DNA of 64,000 nucleotides from the NCBI GenBank assembly GCA_964016885.1, contig OZ024743.1, positions 261,392,001 through 261,456,000 on the forward strand, in the 5' to 3' direction. Shown in pieces: positions 10,799-24,214 of the stretch (its first letter is position 1; each line of letters begins with the position of its first letter). The notes below the pieces were generated by a model, which was given only the letters and a program-made list of their open reading frames with translations, was not told the DNA's origin and did no database searches. This DNA is from Eledone cirrhosa. Taxonomy: Eukaryota. The position numbers and the translations under genes were made by a program.

Positions 10799-11571
10799 TG
10801 CACAAAAGATAAAGTGATGATCATACATGTTGCCATATTTCCCAATTCTTTTGGTAATAAACCATCGTATTTTACATATACAGATCAATCAGGCACCGTT
10901 CATTTTCAGTATATAATATACGGCAACCGTTGAGTAAAGCAATACAGTGCCAACATCTTAACATTTTACAGAAGACATTATCTAGACCTGCCAACCTCTA
11001 AGAGTCCAAACTGGGAGTACCATGAAAAAAATGTCCCCGAACGAGGAGAAATGAGGTAAAATGGGGAGATTTTACATAATGAAAGCTAAACCCATTTTCA
11101 CAAGAGAAGACATCTCTCACCCACCACGAAGCGGGTGGGAGATCACAACTTCAACAATAGCAGAGACAAATCAGATTACGACTAAACATACATAAACAAT
11201 CAAAGAGAAATTCTTTGTTGATCGGTCATTAGTCACACACATTTACAGACACTTAAGCAGTGTATTACTGCTATTAACTTTGCCTTACGGGGTCGATAAG
11301 ATAAAATACCAGTAATGCACTGGGGTAATTGCTGGCCTTGTGCCAAAAGTAGAAACAATTAATTATAGCAATCTCAATTGTATCAAGCCTGTTGTGTGTG
11401 TGTCTATGTTTATGTCCTGTGACGTAGCTGTTTGACAAAAATAGATCGATAAAATATATACCAGACTTGAATAAAAATAAGTATTAGGGTAACTGATTAA
11501 ACCAAGGAGGTGTTACAGTATGGCCGCAGTCTAATGACAGAACCTAGCAAAAATATATATAGACATACATA

Positions 11572-13618
11572 TTTAACGAAGGGTATTAGTAGTAGTTGTT
11601 AGATGGATTAACATGGTTAGATGAAATAACAAGAATAGATGATTTACTTTATATATAAAGGTTTACTTCACTTCAATCAAAAAGAACAATAAACGAGTTG
11701 CGAAGGTTGACAATGTTATTTTGTTGTGGGTTCATGAGGCTGGTGTAGTCTGCGACCAAGAGAGAGAGTAATCGTCTTTAGACCTCTGAGGCCTGAAGGT
11801 AGTGGTGAATCTTTACATAGCTTGTTGCTAGCGTAATGCTCCGATCTCTCTGTATCTAAGGTGGGAAAATATAGGTTTTATATACCTGTCGCTTTCTGTC
11901 TCCCACCTTGAGGGATCTCTCACGCATCAACCTGTTCACACCAAAAGGGTGGTGACCTATAGTTTGACCTCTAGGTGTCACCCAAGGTTCAAGGCGTGGA
12001 CAGATTTTGCTACATTAGATCCATACCCAGATCGATTATAAAAGGGGTAGCAAAATCTGATTCTAGAAGCGTGTCCCAAAACACACGAAATGTGGGTACT
12101 GCGCCCGCATTTCGACTGTAGAGAAATTTGGAGAGAGAAAAAAAAATATCGTATAACTGTGTGTGTGTAACATTTAGAAGAAACTGTAAATATACAAAGT
12201 TGTGATCATGTATTTCGAACTGTTGTGTATGGATGGCTGAACGTTGGGGTTACGGTATCGGATTACGATATGATAACACAGAGGACTATTTCTCTCGATG
12301 TATTATCATACGTAAGATTCTCTTCCAGTGAGTCGAGGTTTACGTTATGACATGAGTGTGTGCAATTTTGAGTTGCGTGCCTGAGTGAGTCCAGGCGTGT
12401 ACCCGTGGGTTGTTTATTATGTGTTTAATAGCTGTTGCCGAACCTCGACCCGTTGAATCTCGATGTATTATCATACGTAAGATGCTTTTCCAGTGAGTCG
12501 AGGTTTATGCTATGACATGAGTGAGTGCAATTTTGAGTTGCGTGCTTAAATGAGTCAAAGCGAGTAGTAACCGTGGGTTGTTTATCATGTGTTTAATAGC
12601 TGTTGCCGAACCTCGACCTGTTGAAAAGTGATCTCGCAGAGACCCAACCGAATCCAGAATATACCATAGACAAAAACATGTTGGTGTGTGACAAAGAAAA
12701 TGATGTGTGTTTGATGCAAAACGTGTATGTTCATAGAGGCATATAATACAGTAAAAAAAAATTTAAATGAACGTTCATATATAACCTGTAAAAAAATGTT
12801 TGTTTAATATTTATATAATTGTTCTTTACAAAAAGTTCAGTTTTCTCTTCTTTATGTGATCGTTTTCTTGCTAGAAAGCTAGTAGTATTGTCTGTTGTTG
12901 TTGGAGATTACGAAACACGTGGTGAAGTGTTTGGTAATGAATCGAAACATCAAAGCAAAGTCACTGTAAATATTCCGTAGAATGGAAGTTTGGTGAAGAA
13001 TTTGAAAAAGTGAAGTTTTATCATATCGTACCATATAGATGAGAAGCTTGGTAAGAGAAAGTTGTTGATATTGGCAAAAGAAGCCATGATCAGATCAAAA
13101 GGCTGCGTGTGATTTTCTTTTCTTAAAATACCACTTCATATTATTTTTTATTTTTTTATTTTTTATCACGTCGGGTTCACCAATTTAACGAAGAGTATTA
13201 GTAGTAGTTAGTTGTTAGAATGATTATACATGGTTATTAGATGAAATAACAAGAATGGCCGATTTACTTTATATATATAAAAAGGTTTACTTCACTTCAA
13301 TCAAAAAGAACCACGAGTTACCACGCGTTGCGAAGGTTGACGATGTTATTTTGTTGTAGGTTCATGAGGCTGGTGTAGTCTGTACACCTCTGAGGCCTGA
13401 AGGTAGCAGTGAATCTTTACATAGCTTGTTGCTAGCGTAATTCTCCGATCTCTCTGTATCTAAGGTGGGGAAATATAGGCTTTATATACATGTCGCTTTC
13501 TGTCTCCCACCTTGAGGGATCGCTCACGCATCAACCTGTTCACACCAAAAGAGTGGTGACCTAGAGTTTGACCTCTGGGTGTCACCCAAGGTTCAAGGCG
13601 TGGACAGATTTCGCTACA
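11572..13618 (-). mobile_element. Non-autonomous LTR retroelement (about 2.05 kb) with tRNA-Trp PBS and 4-bp TSD
   Basis: About 440-bp direct repeats 11572-12014 and 13184-13618 (sense TGTAGC...CGTTAAA). Sense TGGTGAACCCGACGTGAT follows the 5' LTR (one mismatch to the tRNA-Trp 3' end complement). CATA on both flanks. No long internal ORF. Confidence 0.85.
12293..12625. repeat. About 165-bp tandem duplication inside the non-autonomous LTR element
   Basis: TCTCGATGTATTATCATACGTAAGAT...GCTGTTGCCGAACCTCGACC occurs twice head to tail. Confidence 0.9.
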
Positions 13619-13623
13619 CATAC

Positions 13624-13628
<5 letters not shown>

Positions 13629-13671
<43 letters not shown>

Positions 13672-13672
13672 C

Positions 13673-13746
<74 letters not shown>
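13629..13746. repeat. Compound (TA)n/(TG)n microsatellite
   Basis: Direct observation. Confidence 0.98.
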
Positions 13747-13749
<3 letters not shown>

Positions 13750-14249
13750 GCGAGATTCGTATTTCGGCTATGGTCGAAAACAAAGCGAAACGCAATATCC
13801 GAGTTATGCTGGCAAGGAAAACGATGAAGTTTCGCTTACATGTAGTTAGTTTTTTATTGTGTATGGAACTGTTACGCACGTTTCGCAGAGGATTGGTTCA
13901 AGGTCACCTATCACTAATCATAGATCAGATTTCATTATCGATCTGCTCATCAGACTGGTGATTTGACAAAAAATTGCATTTTTTTTTAAATAATGGACTC
14001 TTCCTGTGCACCGAGTGTTTACTTTGGCACCACCGCCAGTCATTCAATGAATTACAAACACTATATATATGAATGGGAGATAAAGGTAGTAACCTAGTCA
14101 CCCTGTAATCCACGAGTAATCTGTAGTTGAATTCCCGGTAATCTGCAGGTAGTGTTGAATTCCCGTCAGTCTGTTTAACTTTTCTGTCTTAAAATTTTCG
14201 TGACCATATTTTTAATAAAGAAGTTATCGAACCCCATCAAGGTTTCTTC

Positions 14250-14959
14250 ATACTCAGAACTACCTGTCTATTCCTAAGCTTCTGTATCTGCTCAGGGTCA
14301 GCCCCTCTCACAGATTTCCATCCTGCCTCCAACGCTTCGACAACCTAATCTTCGAGAGACTCGAGTGCCTGGTCAATGTTAGACTCTCTCCAAAGTCCCG
14401 CGATCAGGCTGCTTTGCCCAAGCGATTTGGGGGTCTTGGTCTTCGTAAGTGTTCGTCCCTCTCTCTCCCCTGCTTCCTTTCCTCCACACACGCTTGCTCC
14501 CCCCTGGTGAGCAGCATCCTCTCCTCTCCAACATGGACTAGTTCCAACAGGGAGTTGGGTGAAGCTCTCCAGCAATGGAGTGAGTTGGGCTTGTCTCTTC
14601 CTGAGGTGGATGACAGTCGAAGTCAGAGAACTTGGGACAGCATAAGTTCGAAGGCCACCTTTGACTCCCTCTTCGTCCAGTCAGATCAGTTTGCAAAGTG
14701 CCGCTTACTATCTGCCAGCGCCAAATACTCAGGCGACTGGGTTGATGCCCTACCCGTGGTCAACGTTGGTGGCCTACTCAGCCTGGACGAACTTCGTGTC
14801 TGCATGGGTTTGAGGTGCCGATGCGGCAAACTCTTCGACTCCACAAGCCTTCACGGTCTTTCTTGCCGCCTGAATACCGGCCGCTTCGTGCGTCACACGG
14901 AGCTAAACATCATTCTGAAGAGAGCTTTGGCCGGGCGAATATCCCCTCAGTCTTGGAAC
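14250..14959 (+). mobile_element. CRE-clade non-LTR retrotransposon fragment, truncated by an LTR fragment at 14960
   Basis: LPKRFGGLGLRK..LPCFLSS, GDWVDALP and CRCG..HGLSC..RHTELN (zinc finger preceding the restriction-like endonuclease). Confidence 0.85.
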
Positions 14960-15035
14960 TGTAGTGACCTACATTCCGTGGGCTCATATACATTCTCCGT
15001 GCGTTATTTGACTCAGCCCAACCAATGACCGCCAT
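14960..15035 (+). repeat. LTR 5' fragment, same family as 20461 and 21212
   Basis: TGTAGTGACCTACATTCCG..GGCTCA.ATACATTCTC is shared by all three sites. Confidence 0.75.
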
Positions 15036-16189
15036 CAGCCTATCAGCTGTATTACAGATTAGCATTATAACTGGTGGGAATCACACTTCCTCCTATCATC
15101 ACACTTTTAGCCAGCTGTGCCTCTTCCCCAGGACGTAATGGCCCTTTTGAATCCTAGAATTTGGGACCACTGTTCTATTTCAATGAATTAATGGCGAATT
15201 TTTTTTTATGAATTACTAAAATTATTAATTATTTCATTATTAAGATACTAACTTAACATGTGGTTCTTAATACGTTGGAACATTTTAATTTAAAGAGGAA
15301 CCCTTTAAACTAGGTGGTTTTTGTTTCATAGAACCAGTGGTGATTTTGGCCAGATTGGTATCAAAAAAGTAAATATCAATTTATGCTGCCATTGTTAACA
15401 ATTAATTCCTTCTTGTGTATGTATGTGAGTGAGAGAGTGTGTATGTCAAAATATAAATAAAATCACTGTGCTATTTATATAATGCTTACGATTTACAAAA
15501 ACAAATCAGAAAAAAGATAGAGAAAACAACCACACTCAATTACACACTATAATATGAGATGTTGGTGTTGCCTTCTAAACATTTTTCAAACAAGTAAAGA
15601 CACCCAGGACCTCAGTGCGAGTGATAACGACGCTAAGGTGCTGGAATAACCAAGCATCCTATTGAGCATCTCCTGAAGTATCAGGCAAAACGCGTGAGGG
15701 TACTTGGCTTTTCCACTGACTTGGATTAGGCGATAACTCTTATTTTAATGAACGGTGGCAATAAATTAAGAGAGCATTGCCTCCCCTTAATGCTTTGTTG
15801 TTGTTTTTTTATTTCGACAAAATTGTATTGTATGCGTGACAAAACGGGGTTATATTCCAATAAAGAGTACAATCACATATGCTTCTTGGACGTCGATCAA
15901 TAGATATTTCTAAATTTGTCGTCGGCTATATGGAACTCCTTTCCCATAAGAGTGAACCTGCATCAATTTTAACAGAACGACAGAGTCAATCTCTTTGGTC
16001 TCAAAGGGCTTGTAAAGTTCATGGGCACTGTCAATCCTCCACACCTTCCAAGTAATATATATATTTACTTTTACCTGTTTCAGCCGAATGACTGAGGCCA
16101 TGCTGGGGCACCGTCTTTGCCACTACACTTTCTATAGCCAGTCTTCCTTGGTTGGTCATTGATGTAAAAGGGAGCTTGTTGCTGCTGTC

Positions 16190-16810
16190 CTTGTTTATAC
16201 TTCATCTCGTGATGTAGGTTCATCAAGGATCTTGGTTAGCAGAATGTTAAGATGTTTCTTGAAAACATCTACATCCACACCATATAGATCTCTCGGGTTT
16301 TTTGCCTGCTTATTAAAGAGCTGGAGGTTTTGAACTCCAGGCTATTGGGGTATCTGGTCCTTATTCTAGATGTGAAGGATGGAGGGGGGCACTACACAGA
16401 GGCATCCTCTCCGAGGGCTGGTCCAGCTCTTAATGCCAAATTTTGGTGCTAGTCCTTCCAGGATCTTCCATATGTATATCACTGCGTATCTATCTCGTAT
16501 TCTTTCCATGAGTAGAGATTTAGTTCTTTCAACCTCTCCCAGTAGCTTATCTCCTTCATTGGGGCAATCTTCTTGGTGTGTGGCTTCGTTGGATTATTTC
16601 AAATTCTGCTGTTAGTTTGACACTGTGGGGCGACCACAGCTGTGAGCATTAATCCAGTCGACTGAGAAAAATGTCCTCCAGAGGACCATGATGGATTCTC
16701 GGTCACGTGTCCAGAAAGTCTTCAGAATACAACCAGCCAGTCGTCTACACATTGCCACCATTTTGGTGATATGTGCATGAAATAATGCATGTAAATATCC
16801 AGGTCCCTTA
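16190..16810 (-). mobile_element. CR1/L2-group LINE 3' fragment
   Basis: Minus-strand remnants AGCILKTFWTRDRESIMVLWRTF and LLMERIRDRYAVIYIWKILEGLAP. Confidence 0.7.
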
Positions 16811-16919
16811 TCGATTTTGACACGAAAATTTCGATTCCTCCTAGTCCAATGTAACTTTTATGGAATTTACTATTTCAAATGTTTACACACACACACAAAC
16901 ACACACACACACACAAGGA

Positions 16920-17663
16920 AGCCTGCGCAGTGCACTCTACATGTGAATGGAGTTCTACTAAAGCAGGCAGAGAACTTCAAGTATATCGGACCCGTTTGAT
17001 GGAAGGCAGGAGGTTGAATTAAGTGCAAGAATTGAAAAAGCTGGTGCAGTAATGCGCCAGCTTCAGCATTCAGTAATCAGAAGAGTGGGGGTAGGCGTAA
17101 AAGCCAAACTCTCAATCTTCAATTCGGTTTTCCTGCCATCCGTTACCTATGGTCATGAATCTTGGGTAATAACCGAAAGAATACGATCGCAAATACCAAC
17201 AGCCAAAATGGGATTCCTCAGAAGGATCTTTGGAGTAACATTACTCGATAAAGTGCGTAACTCGGAGATCAGAGTCACTCCAGGTAGAATCGCCACTTTT
17301 CCGAATTGGGAGATCACAGCTCCGCTACTCTGGACATGTGGTTAGAATGTCTCAGGAAAGATTCGCTGGACAGATTTTACGGGCAAAATCAACCGGCAAA
17401 AGACTCAGGAGTAGACTCCGAGCAAGATGGTTGGATAACATCCATGAGCTTGGCTGGTCACGCTTGGGGATCCAGTCGGATCAGTTGGAGACGGCTGCTT
17501 CTGACAGGACCCACGGGAGGGAGTGTTTGAAGACTTTGCCCCCACGACCCTCTCAAGAAGAAGAAGAAGAAGAAGAAGAAGAAGAAGAAGAAGAAGAAGA
17601 AGAAGAAGAAGAAGAAGAAGAAGAAGAAGAAGAAGAAGAAGAAGAAGAAGAAGAAGAAGAAGA
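16920..17663 (+). mobile_element. RTE-clade LINE 3' end with (GAA)n tail (17555-17663)
   Basis: KAKLSIFNSVFLPSVTYGHESW, MGFLRRIFGVTLLDKVRNSEIR and GHVVRMSQER..RWLDNI, followed directly by about 36 GAA repeats. Confidence 0.9.
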
Positions 17664-18489
17664 TCTATCTCAACATCTCACACACATTTCCTCCTATTTG
17701 GTACATCTCAAAATTCCTGCGGTCCATGCACCCCCTTTAAATGTCCATCCGACGGTAGATGTAACACTGATGGTCGTTTAAAAAAGTCACTATTTAGATT
17801 TAAATCTAAATTATTTTAAGGTCATGCGACGAGTGACAAGGAGACCCGCATGGTCAAAGGATTTCGTAAGATTCTATCAGACTTCCTAATCCCGTTCCCG
17901 AGCATCCCCATTACATTCCAAAGGAGCTAACTTGTTTTCCCCTATCTCTTCTCTCCACCTCCATCGTCGAATTCAGTCGAAATTAGTTCTATTCATCCTC
18001 TCATCCACCCCACCAGTCCCATAACAGCTAGCTTGTCTCCAACGTCACCTTCCCCTCGTCGAGTCCCACTGTCAGAGTCAATGCTGATCACCCCGTTCCC
18101 ACTTATATCTCTTTCGTTAACCTACCCCACCGTCTTCCCCCCCCCCCCTGAATCCTAATTCTTAAGTCGACTCCTCGGGTGTTACCAATTCACCACCAAA
18201 CTGCGCTCTCTGCTCCCAAAACCAGTTTTAGGAGAGATGGTCACCATTTTAGAAGGCTGTGTTGTTTTACGATTTAGACGGGAGTTCGTTTCCCTGCTAG
18301 TACATCTCTTCTATTTGTTGTTAGGTGTAGGTAAACAATTAAGCAAAAAGAACATACCTCGAGATTATATGTACATGAGCATTTTAATCAGAGTAATAAA
18401 CAAAACAGGTTATCATATCAATTGCTCCTTGATAGGTAATTCGTAATTATCATTAAGTGGCGGTGTTCAAATATCCCGTGACCGCATGG

Positions 18490-18960
18490 TGCAATATCGC
18501 TGTTTCGCCACAGTGAAACGCGTTTGGTCGCCTCAAGAGACAAAGTCGAAGAGAGTGTATTCAGCTACTGACGTCAGAACTAAGGGCAGTTAATCGACTG
18601 CCTCCAAAGTCAAAGCTAGGTGGCGTGTTCTTCTACACAGTCGATACCTAAAGACAATCGCATGTCACTCCTGTCAGCTAAACTACCACAGGAGCTGCGT
18701 TGGCATTACTAAGGTTCACACTGAAAGTCTCTCAAACTGGACATATAACCAATGCCACTTCAGCTCCGATTCCCTTTGCAGGTCCGAACCTAACTCTGAT
18801 GCTCAGATTTCTATTAAGGGCTTTGCCGCTGCCTCCCGGGACTTGTCTAAGTTGAAACTCATCAACAGGATCCCAAATGGAGCTCGGTCCAGTTTCGCCT
18901 GTGCTCTCTCCAATTACTGCTCATTTCAGGTCGGTGATCAACTCAATTCCAATAAATGAT
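18490..18960 (+). mobile_element. Probable 5' fragment of a CRE-clade element
   Basis: DLSKLKLINRIPNGARSSFACALS-like remnant near 18840-18915. A CRE-type 3' UTR (ATGTATTACCT.CTTGTG, T-rich, compare 22620) resumes at 19784. Confidence 0.45.
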
Positions 18961-19139
18961 GATCACCGAACTTAAAGAAAGATAAATCCTCTGTCTCCTG
19001 CCTTGAGAACCACAAGGATGACCTCGAATGTCGCCCACGCATAGACTTATTTACGCCAAAAAGGAAGTAACCCAGAAAATGACCGTTGAATGTCACCCAG
19101 GGGTCAAGGTGTGGACAGATTTCGCTACAGATGTATGTA

Positions 19140-19783
19140 TTTAACGAAGGGTATTTTTAAGTTGTTGTTATTAGAATGATTATAACACGGTTATTAGATG
19201 AAATAACAAGAATGGCCGATTTACTTTATATATAAAGGTTTACTTCACTTGAGTCAAAAAGAACAATACACAAGTTACCACGAGTTGCGAAGGTTGACAA
19301 TGTTATTTTGTTGTTGGTTCATGAGGCTGGTGTAGTCTGCGACCAAGAGAGAGAGAGAGAGTAATGGTCTGTAGTTGTCTGTAGACCACTGTGGCCTGTA
19401 GATAGCGGTGATCTTTATATAGCTTGTTGCTAGCGTAATGCTCCGATCTCTCTGTATGTCTGTAGAGCTCTGGGGCCTGTAGATAGCGGTGAATCTTTGA
19501 CATAGCTTATTTGTATCGTGGTGCTCCGATATCTCTGTATGTCTGTAGAGCTCTGGGGCCTGTAGATAGCGGTGAATCTTTGACATAGCTTATTTGTATC
19601 GTGGTGCTTCGATCTCTCTGTATCTAAGGTGGGAAAATATAGGCTTTATATACCTGTCGCTTTCTGTCTCCCACCTTGAGAAGATAGCCCACGCATGAAC
19701 CTGTTCACACCAAAAGAGTGGTGACCTAGAGGTTGACCTTTAGGTGTCACCCAACGTTCAAGACGTGGACAGATCTCGCTACA
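19140..19783 (-). mobile_element. Solo LTR of the 11572-13618 family with internal 61-bp tandem expansion; 4-bp TSD TGTA
   Basis: Same ends (TTTAACGAAGGGTATT...CGCTACA). TGTA on both sides. Repeats of CTGTAGAGCTCTGGGGCCTGTAGATAGCGGTGAATCTTTGACATAGC at 19380-19625. Confidence 0.88.
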
Positions 19784-20258
19784 TGTATTACCTACTTGTG
19801 TTGTTTTTTCTCTTTTTCTCTTTCTTTTTTTCTTTTCCCTTTTCTTTCTCTTTTTTAATTATTTGTAATGTTATTTATATACAAAATAAAGACACTCTTA
19901 CTCTAAAAAAAAGTCTACAGTTGACCAATACCTAATGAGTGAAATTTGGTAGGCGAAAACTGTGGAAGCCATCGTAAATCTGCCTGTTTGTGTATTTGCA
20001 TTGTTACCTGTCTTTGTCCCGTAACTTAGCGGTTCGATAAAATAAGTACTCGAATCGATATGATCGACTAAAATTAAAGCAGTGCCCCAGCTTGGCCGCA
20101 GTATGCTGACTGAAACCAGTGAAAAAATAATCAGACCTCGACAAAGTGACGTAGATTCGCACTGACAGAAAAAATATAAATACAAGAAAAAATATAAACA
20201 CTAGAAAAACATCACGACAGAGAAATATGTGTTAAAATATTAAATCATTTTTAAAGTA

Positions 20259-20423
20259 CCGTATTTCCCAGCGCCGAACACGCTTCGTCCTCGAGGACGC
20301 ACCCTAATTTTGACAACCAAAAATTTGAAAAAAAATAAACGACCTTCGGCCTCCAGGACGCATGGTAGATTTTTGAGACTTATTTTAGGAAAAAGGTAGC
20401 GTCTTTGACGCCGGGAAATACGG
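20259..20423. mobile_element. Tc1/pogo-type MITE with TA TSD
   Basis: TA|CCGTATTTCCCAGCG ... CGCCGGGAAATACGG|TA. Confidence 0.8.
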
Positions 20424-20460
20424 TATATGAACCAAAATAATATATCATAAAGCATGCGTT

Positions 20461-21587
20461 TGTAGTGACCTACATTCTGCAGGCTCACATACATTCTCTG
20501 TGCGTGATTTGGCTCAGCTCAGCCAATCAACACCAGTAGAAGAGAATGCTAGCGACTCACCTGGATTCAAACAGGCACCGTAACACGAGAACTGCTAATT
20601 GCAGCTGGATTCAAACAGCTTCGTATCTCGTTGCACACTCATCGCCCATAACAACCTCCATCTTGTTACCTAACCCGACTTGCTGGGAAAACAACAAATG
20701 GAACTGGACTTGTCAGCATTTCCACTATTTCTGTGGATTCGCCGGAATTGTGGAATTTACACTGCAACTACTATCCACCTACAGATTCAACTTGCTTTTT
20801 TCTTTTCAAAGCAACCAGCCATTTGTTACTGGCTGCCTAGCACTTTCGGCAATACATCTGGGAGGCCGACATTTTCTCGCCTACCCATCATCTTCTTGCC
20901 AGCACTGGTAAACTACCATAATAGCTTCATCCACAGCTACTGGTACAACATTTACCATTAACATTTAATGCAAGAACAGCAACTTCGCCCATGTCAGACT
21001 TTATCCGTTTTCTGTTAGACCCTTCGTGGTCACGTATAAACTACAAAACAGCTAGTCATTTGACACAGCGGCTCAACACGGCCCTTAGTGCCTTATTTTT
21101 CTTCTTGCATGCATCCTTCTGCTCAATTATTTTTTTCACTGATGTACTCTTTCAGCATTTCTTCCTGCTGATTCAATAATCTGTATCGTCTTACGTCTAG
21201 AGGGGGAGTATTGTAGTGACCTACATTCCGCGGGCTCACATACATTCTCTGTGCGTGATTTGGCTCAGCTCAGCCAATCAGCGCCAGTAGAAGAGAATGT
21301 ATCTCTATGCGCCCTGAGGGAAAAGTTCCCGCGTTGATTTGAAGAATCAGCCTCTCGCTTCCTGTCTGTGAAAAGATAAACGCCTAACTTTCTTTCGTTG
21401 TGAAATCACTAGCCAACATGTAACACAACAACTTAACCACGGCCTGGCAACATTTCATTGTTTCATCTCTCTTGGCATGCCAGCTATTCAGCTCTACTCA
21501 GCTCAATCTTCGTAAATAAATATTGTACATACAACCCAGTGTCCTGTTATACGTTCATAGTATTAGCGGTATTTATTTATGTTGACA
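20461..21587 (+). mobile_element. Highly deleted Gypsy-type LTR element (partial 5' LTR, pol remnants, PPT, 3' LTR from 21212)
   Basis: 88-bp LTR start repeated at 20461 and 21212. AGAGGGGGAGTA purine tract precedes 21212. LAFFFSKQ RNase H-like remnant near 20790. No TSD recognised; right end approximate. Confidence 0.65.
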
Positions 21588-21649
21588 TCCTATTCTCATC
21601 AATGATGCTGTTGTAATGTATCAGTATATTTTATTTTTACCTAAATGCT

Positions 21650-22740
21650 CCTCTTTCTCTTTCCCTGGCGAGCAACATCCGAGATGGATGAAGCTCTTTT
21701 ACGATGGAGAGAGTTGGGTTTGTCTGTTCCTGACAAGATGGAGGGCAAACAAAAACAAAGTTTTGGACAGCATACATTCGAAGGCCACCTTTGACTGTCT
21801 CTTCGACCAGTCAGATCAGTTCTCGAGGTGCCGCTTACTGTCTGCTAGTGTCAAATACTCAGATGACTGGGTTGATGCCCTACCTGTGGCTAACATCGGT
21901 AGCCTACTCGGCTTAGATGAGCTTCGTGTTTTAATTGCCCTCAGAGTGGGAGCCGATGTCTGTATGGGTCTGAGGTGTCGGTGTGGTAGGCTACTCGACT
22001 CCACATGCCTTCGCGGTCTATCTTGCCGCCTGAATGCCAGTGGCTTTGCGCGTCACAGTGAGCTAAACCTCATCAAGAGAACTTTGGACTGGGCAAAGAT
22101 CCCCTCAATTTTGGAACCGTCTGGGTTGTCCAGAATTGATGGGAAAAGCCCTGACGATCTTACCCTGTGCCCCTGATTAAGAGGCAGGTGCCTTATGTGG
22201 GACGTCACAGTTAGTGACTCTTTTGCTTCTTCCCACATCCTGGAAGCTGCGGTTGGAGCGAGAGCTACAGCTTTTGTAGCCGAACGGAACAAAATCCTGA
22301 AATACCAAGATATGTCGGTTAACTACATTTTCCAGCCTGTGACGTTAGAGGCGTTTAAGGGTGTCGGGCTGACTGCGAGGTTATTGCCTTCACCTACGGC
22401 TCGCCTAATCGAGGTAACTAGCGATGTTCGTGATGGCGCTTGGCTGTTCCAGCTCATCAGCCTCGCCATCACTCGAGGTAACGCTGCGAGCATGCTGGCT
22501 TGCCTCAAAAATTATTAGAGAGATTTTCCAGTGCTCCTCGCGATATTGCTATCTTTTGCTCTAGTAGCGGTTCGTTTGTCCACCCCTTTCGCTTTCCTTT
22601 GCTGTATGTGGTCCTAGACGTATGTATTACCTGCTTGTGTGTTTCTTTTCCTTTCCCTTTTCTTTTTTGTTTTTGTTTTGCTTTTTTTTTTTATGTTTGT
22701 AAAACAATAAGATAAAACTACATTTGTAACATTATTTACA
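21650..22740 (+). mobile_element. CRE-clade non-LTR retrotransposon 3' end (zinc finger, restriction-like endonuclease, 3' UTR)
   Basis: CRCG..LSC..RHSELN, ILEPSGLSRIDGKSPDDLTLCP*..LMWDVTVSD, FQPVTLE and ISLAITRGNAASML; T-rich UTR. Confidence 0.9.
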
Positions 22741-24039
22741 CGACTGTGGATTTCATTTCCTTACAACAAATATATAAGATTTAGAGGTGAAGAAAAGAAA
22801 GAAAGATTAGTAAGGTAGAAAAGTCAGACAGAAAAAGAACAAGATAGGAAAAGACACAAAAAGGAAAATATATATATAAATGATATAAGTTCAAAAGGAA
22901 AAAAAGAAGAGGAAAGGGAAAAGAAAACAGCAGGTAGTACACACATCTTGGACCAGGAAAGAGAAAGGGGTGGACAAACGAACCGCTGTCAGAACAAAAG
23001 ATGACGATATCGCGAGGAACATTGGAACATCTCTAATAATTGTTTCTACTTTTGGCACAAGGCCAGCAATACCTACTGGTACTTTATTTTATCGACCCCG
23101 TAAGGATAAAAGGCAAAGTTAAAGTCGGCGGGGTTTGAACTCAGAATGGAAAAGGCCGTCAAAGCATGGTATCCGACTCCCTACAGATACTGCCAATCCA
23201 CCAATGCTGTTGTTAGTGATAAAGTTAGCAAATATGTTCAAATGTTGCACTGCTTATTAAAGCCTCTCACTAGCCATATTTTGTTATTTTAATGTAACAA
23301 AGATATCGATTAATTATGAAATAAGATTAAAAAAATAAATAAAGAAAGAAAATTATGTTTAACGCTGTCTGTCTGTCCGTCCCTCCGCCATGCTTACTTT
23401 ATATAGAGAGGATGAGCGCCAAGCGAAAGAGATGTACATAAATAAATAGTCAGAAAAAGGAGTGCTGTGTGTTTTTGAGGAGGCAGGAAGAGGTAGATAG
23501 ACAGAAAGTTATGAGTTCGCCTTGATCTATATAGAGAGAGGGGGAGCGCCAAGCGAGAGATGCGTACATAAATAGAGAGAGAAAAGAAACGTCGAAAGAG
23601 GAAAGTCATCCTCATCTAGTTACGATAATGCACGAGATATCAGAAGTAAACTCTGACAAACGAACGTATATAACTTTCTAACATTTCACTTTATGACTGT
23701 CTGTCTGTAATTAATTAATTACTAGGAAAACCTTGATTTTAACACAAATACACAATGTGACTGCATTTACTTATAAATATTTTCTTCTTGATATTTTTAA
23801 ATGTTGGAGAATGAATATTTGGTATATTTTATCCGTAAAACATGCAGCGAATGCTTGCTGGGTCATTACGTCTTTTGTAAGTAACAGCTTTAATGTTTTA
23901 TTGAAATATTGATCTCAAAATGTTAGATACTTGTTATAATTTCTATTCATTTTATTTGATTAGTTAAGTAAACATTTTTTTTTTTTTTACAAATATACTA
24001 AACTAAGCAAAATAGAAATCCTACGTTAATATTTGTTTG

Positions 24040-24214
24040 AAATTCCGTTATAACAAAATCCACGGCGTATAAAAAAATTTGTTGTAACGAAAAATTTTTT
24101 AATATTTATAACGAGATCGCCCTAACACATCGGTCATGTGGCCGGGATTGAAAAAAGTTTCGTTATACTGAAAAATTTGTTATAATGGTATTCGTTGTAA
24201 CGGAATTTTACCTG
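24040..24214. mobile_element. pogo/Tigger-like MITE, left end truncated
   Basis: Right end TTCGTTGTAACGGAATTTTACCTG|TA; partial inverted copy AAATTCCGTTATAAC at 24041. Confidence 0.55.

Noticed and set aside
15650-15707. Hammerhead-like layout (CCAAGCATCC..CCTGA/TCAGG..AAACGCGT..GGGTACTTGG)
   Set aside because: The core reads CTATTGA and AAAA with G at the cleavage position; too many core mismatches to call, at best a fossil.
17338-17819. Poly-Glu and poly-Arg ORFs
   Set aside because: They arise from the (GAA)n tail of an RTE element.
23640-23882. Possible first exon or promoter with IRF-like (AAAGTGAAA) and STAT-like sites and a GTAAGT donor
   Set aside because: Short motifs in AT-rich DNA are expected by chance, and nothing links them to the receptor gene without transcript data.
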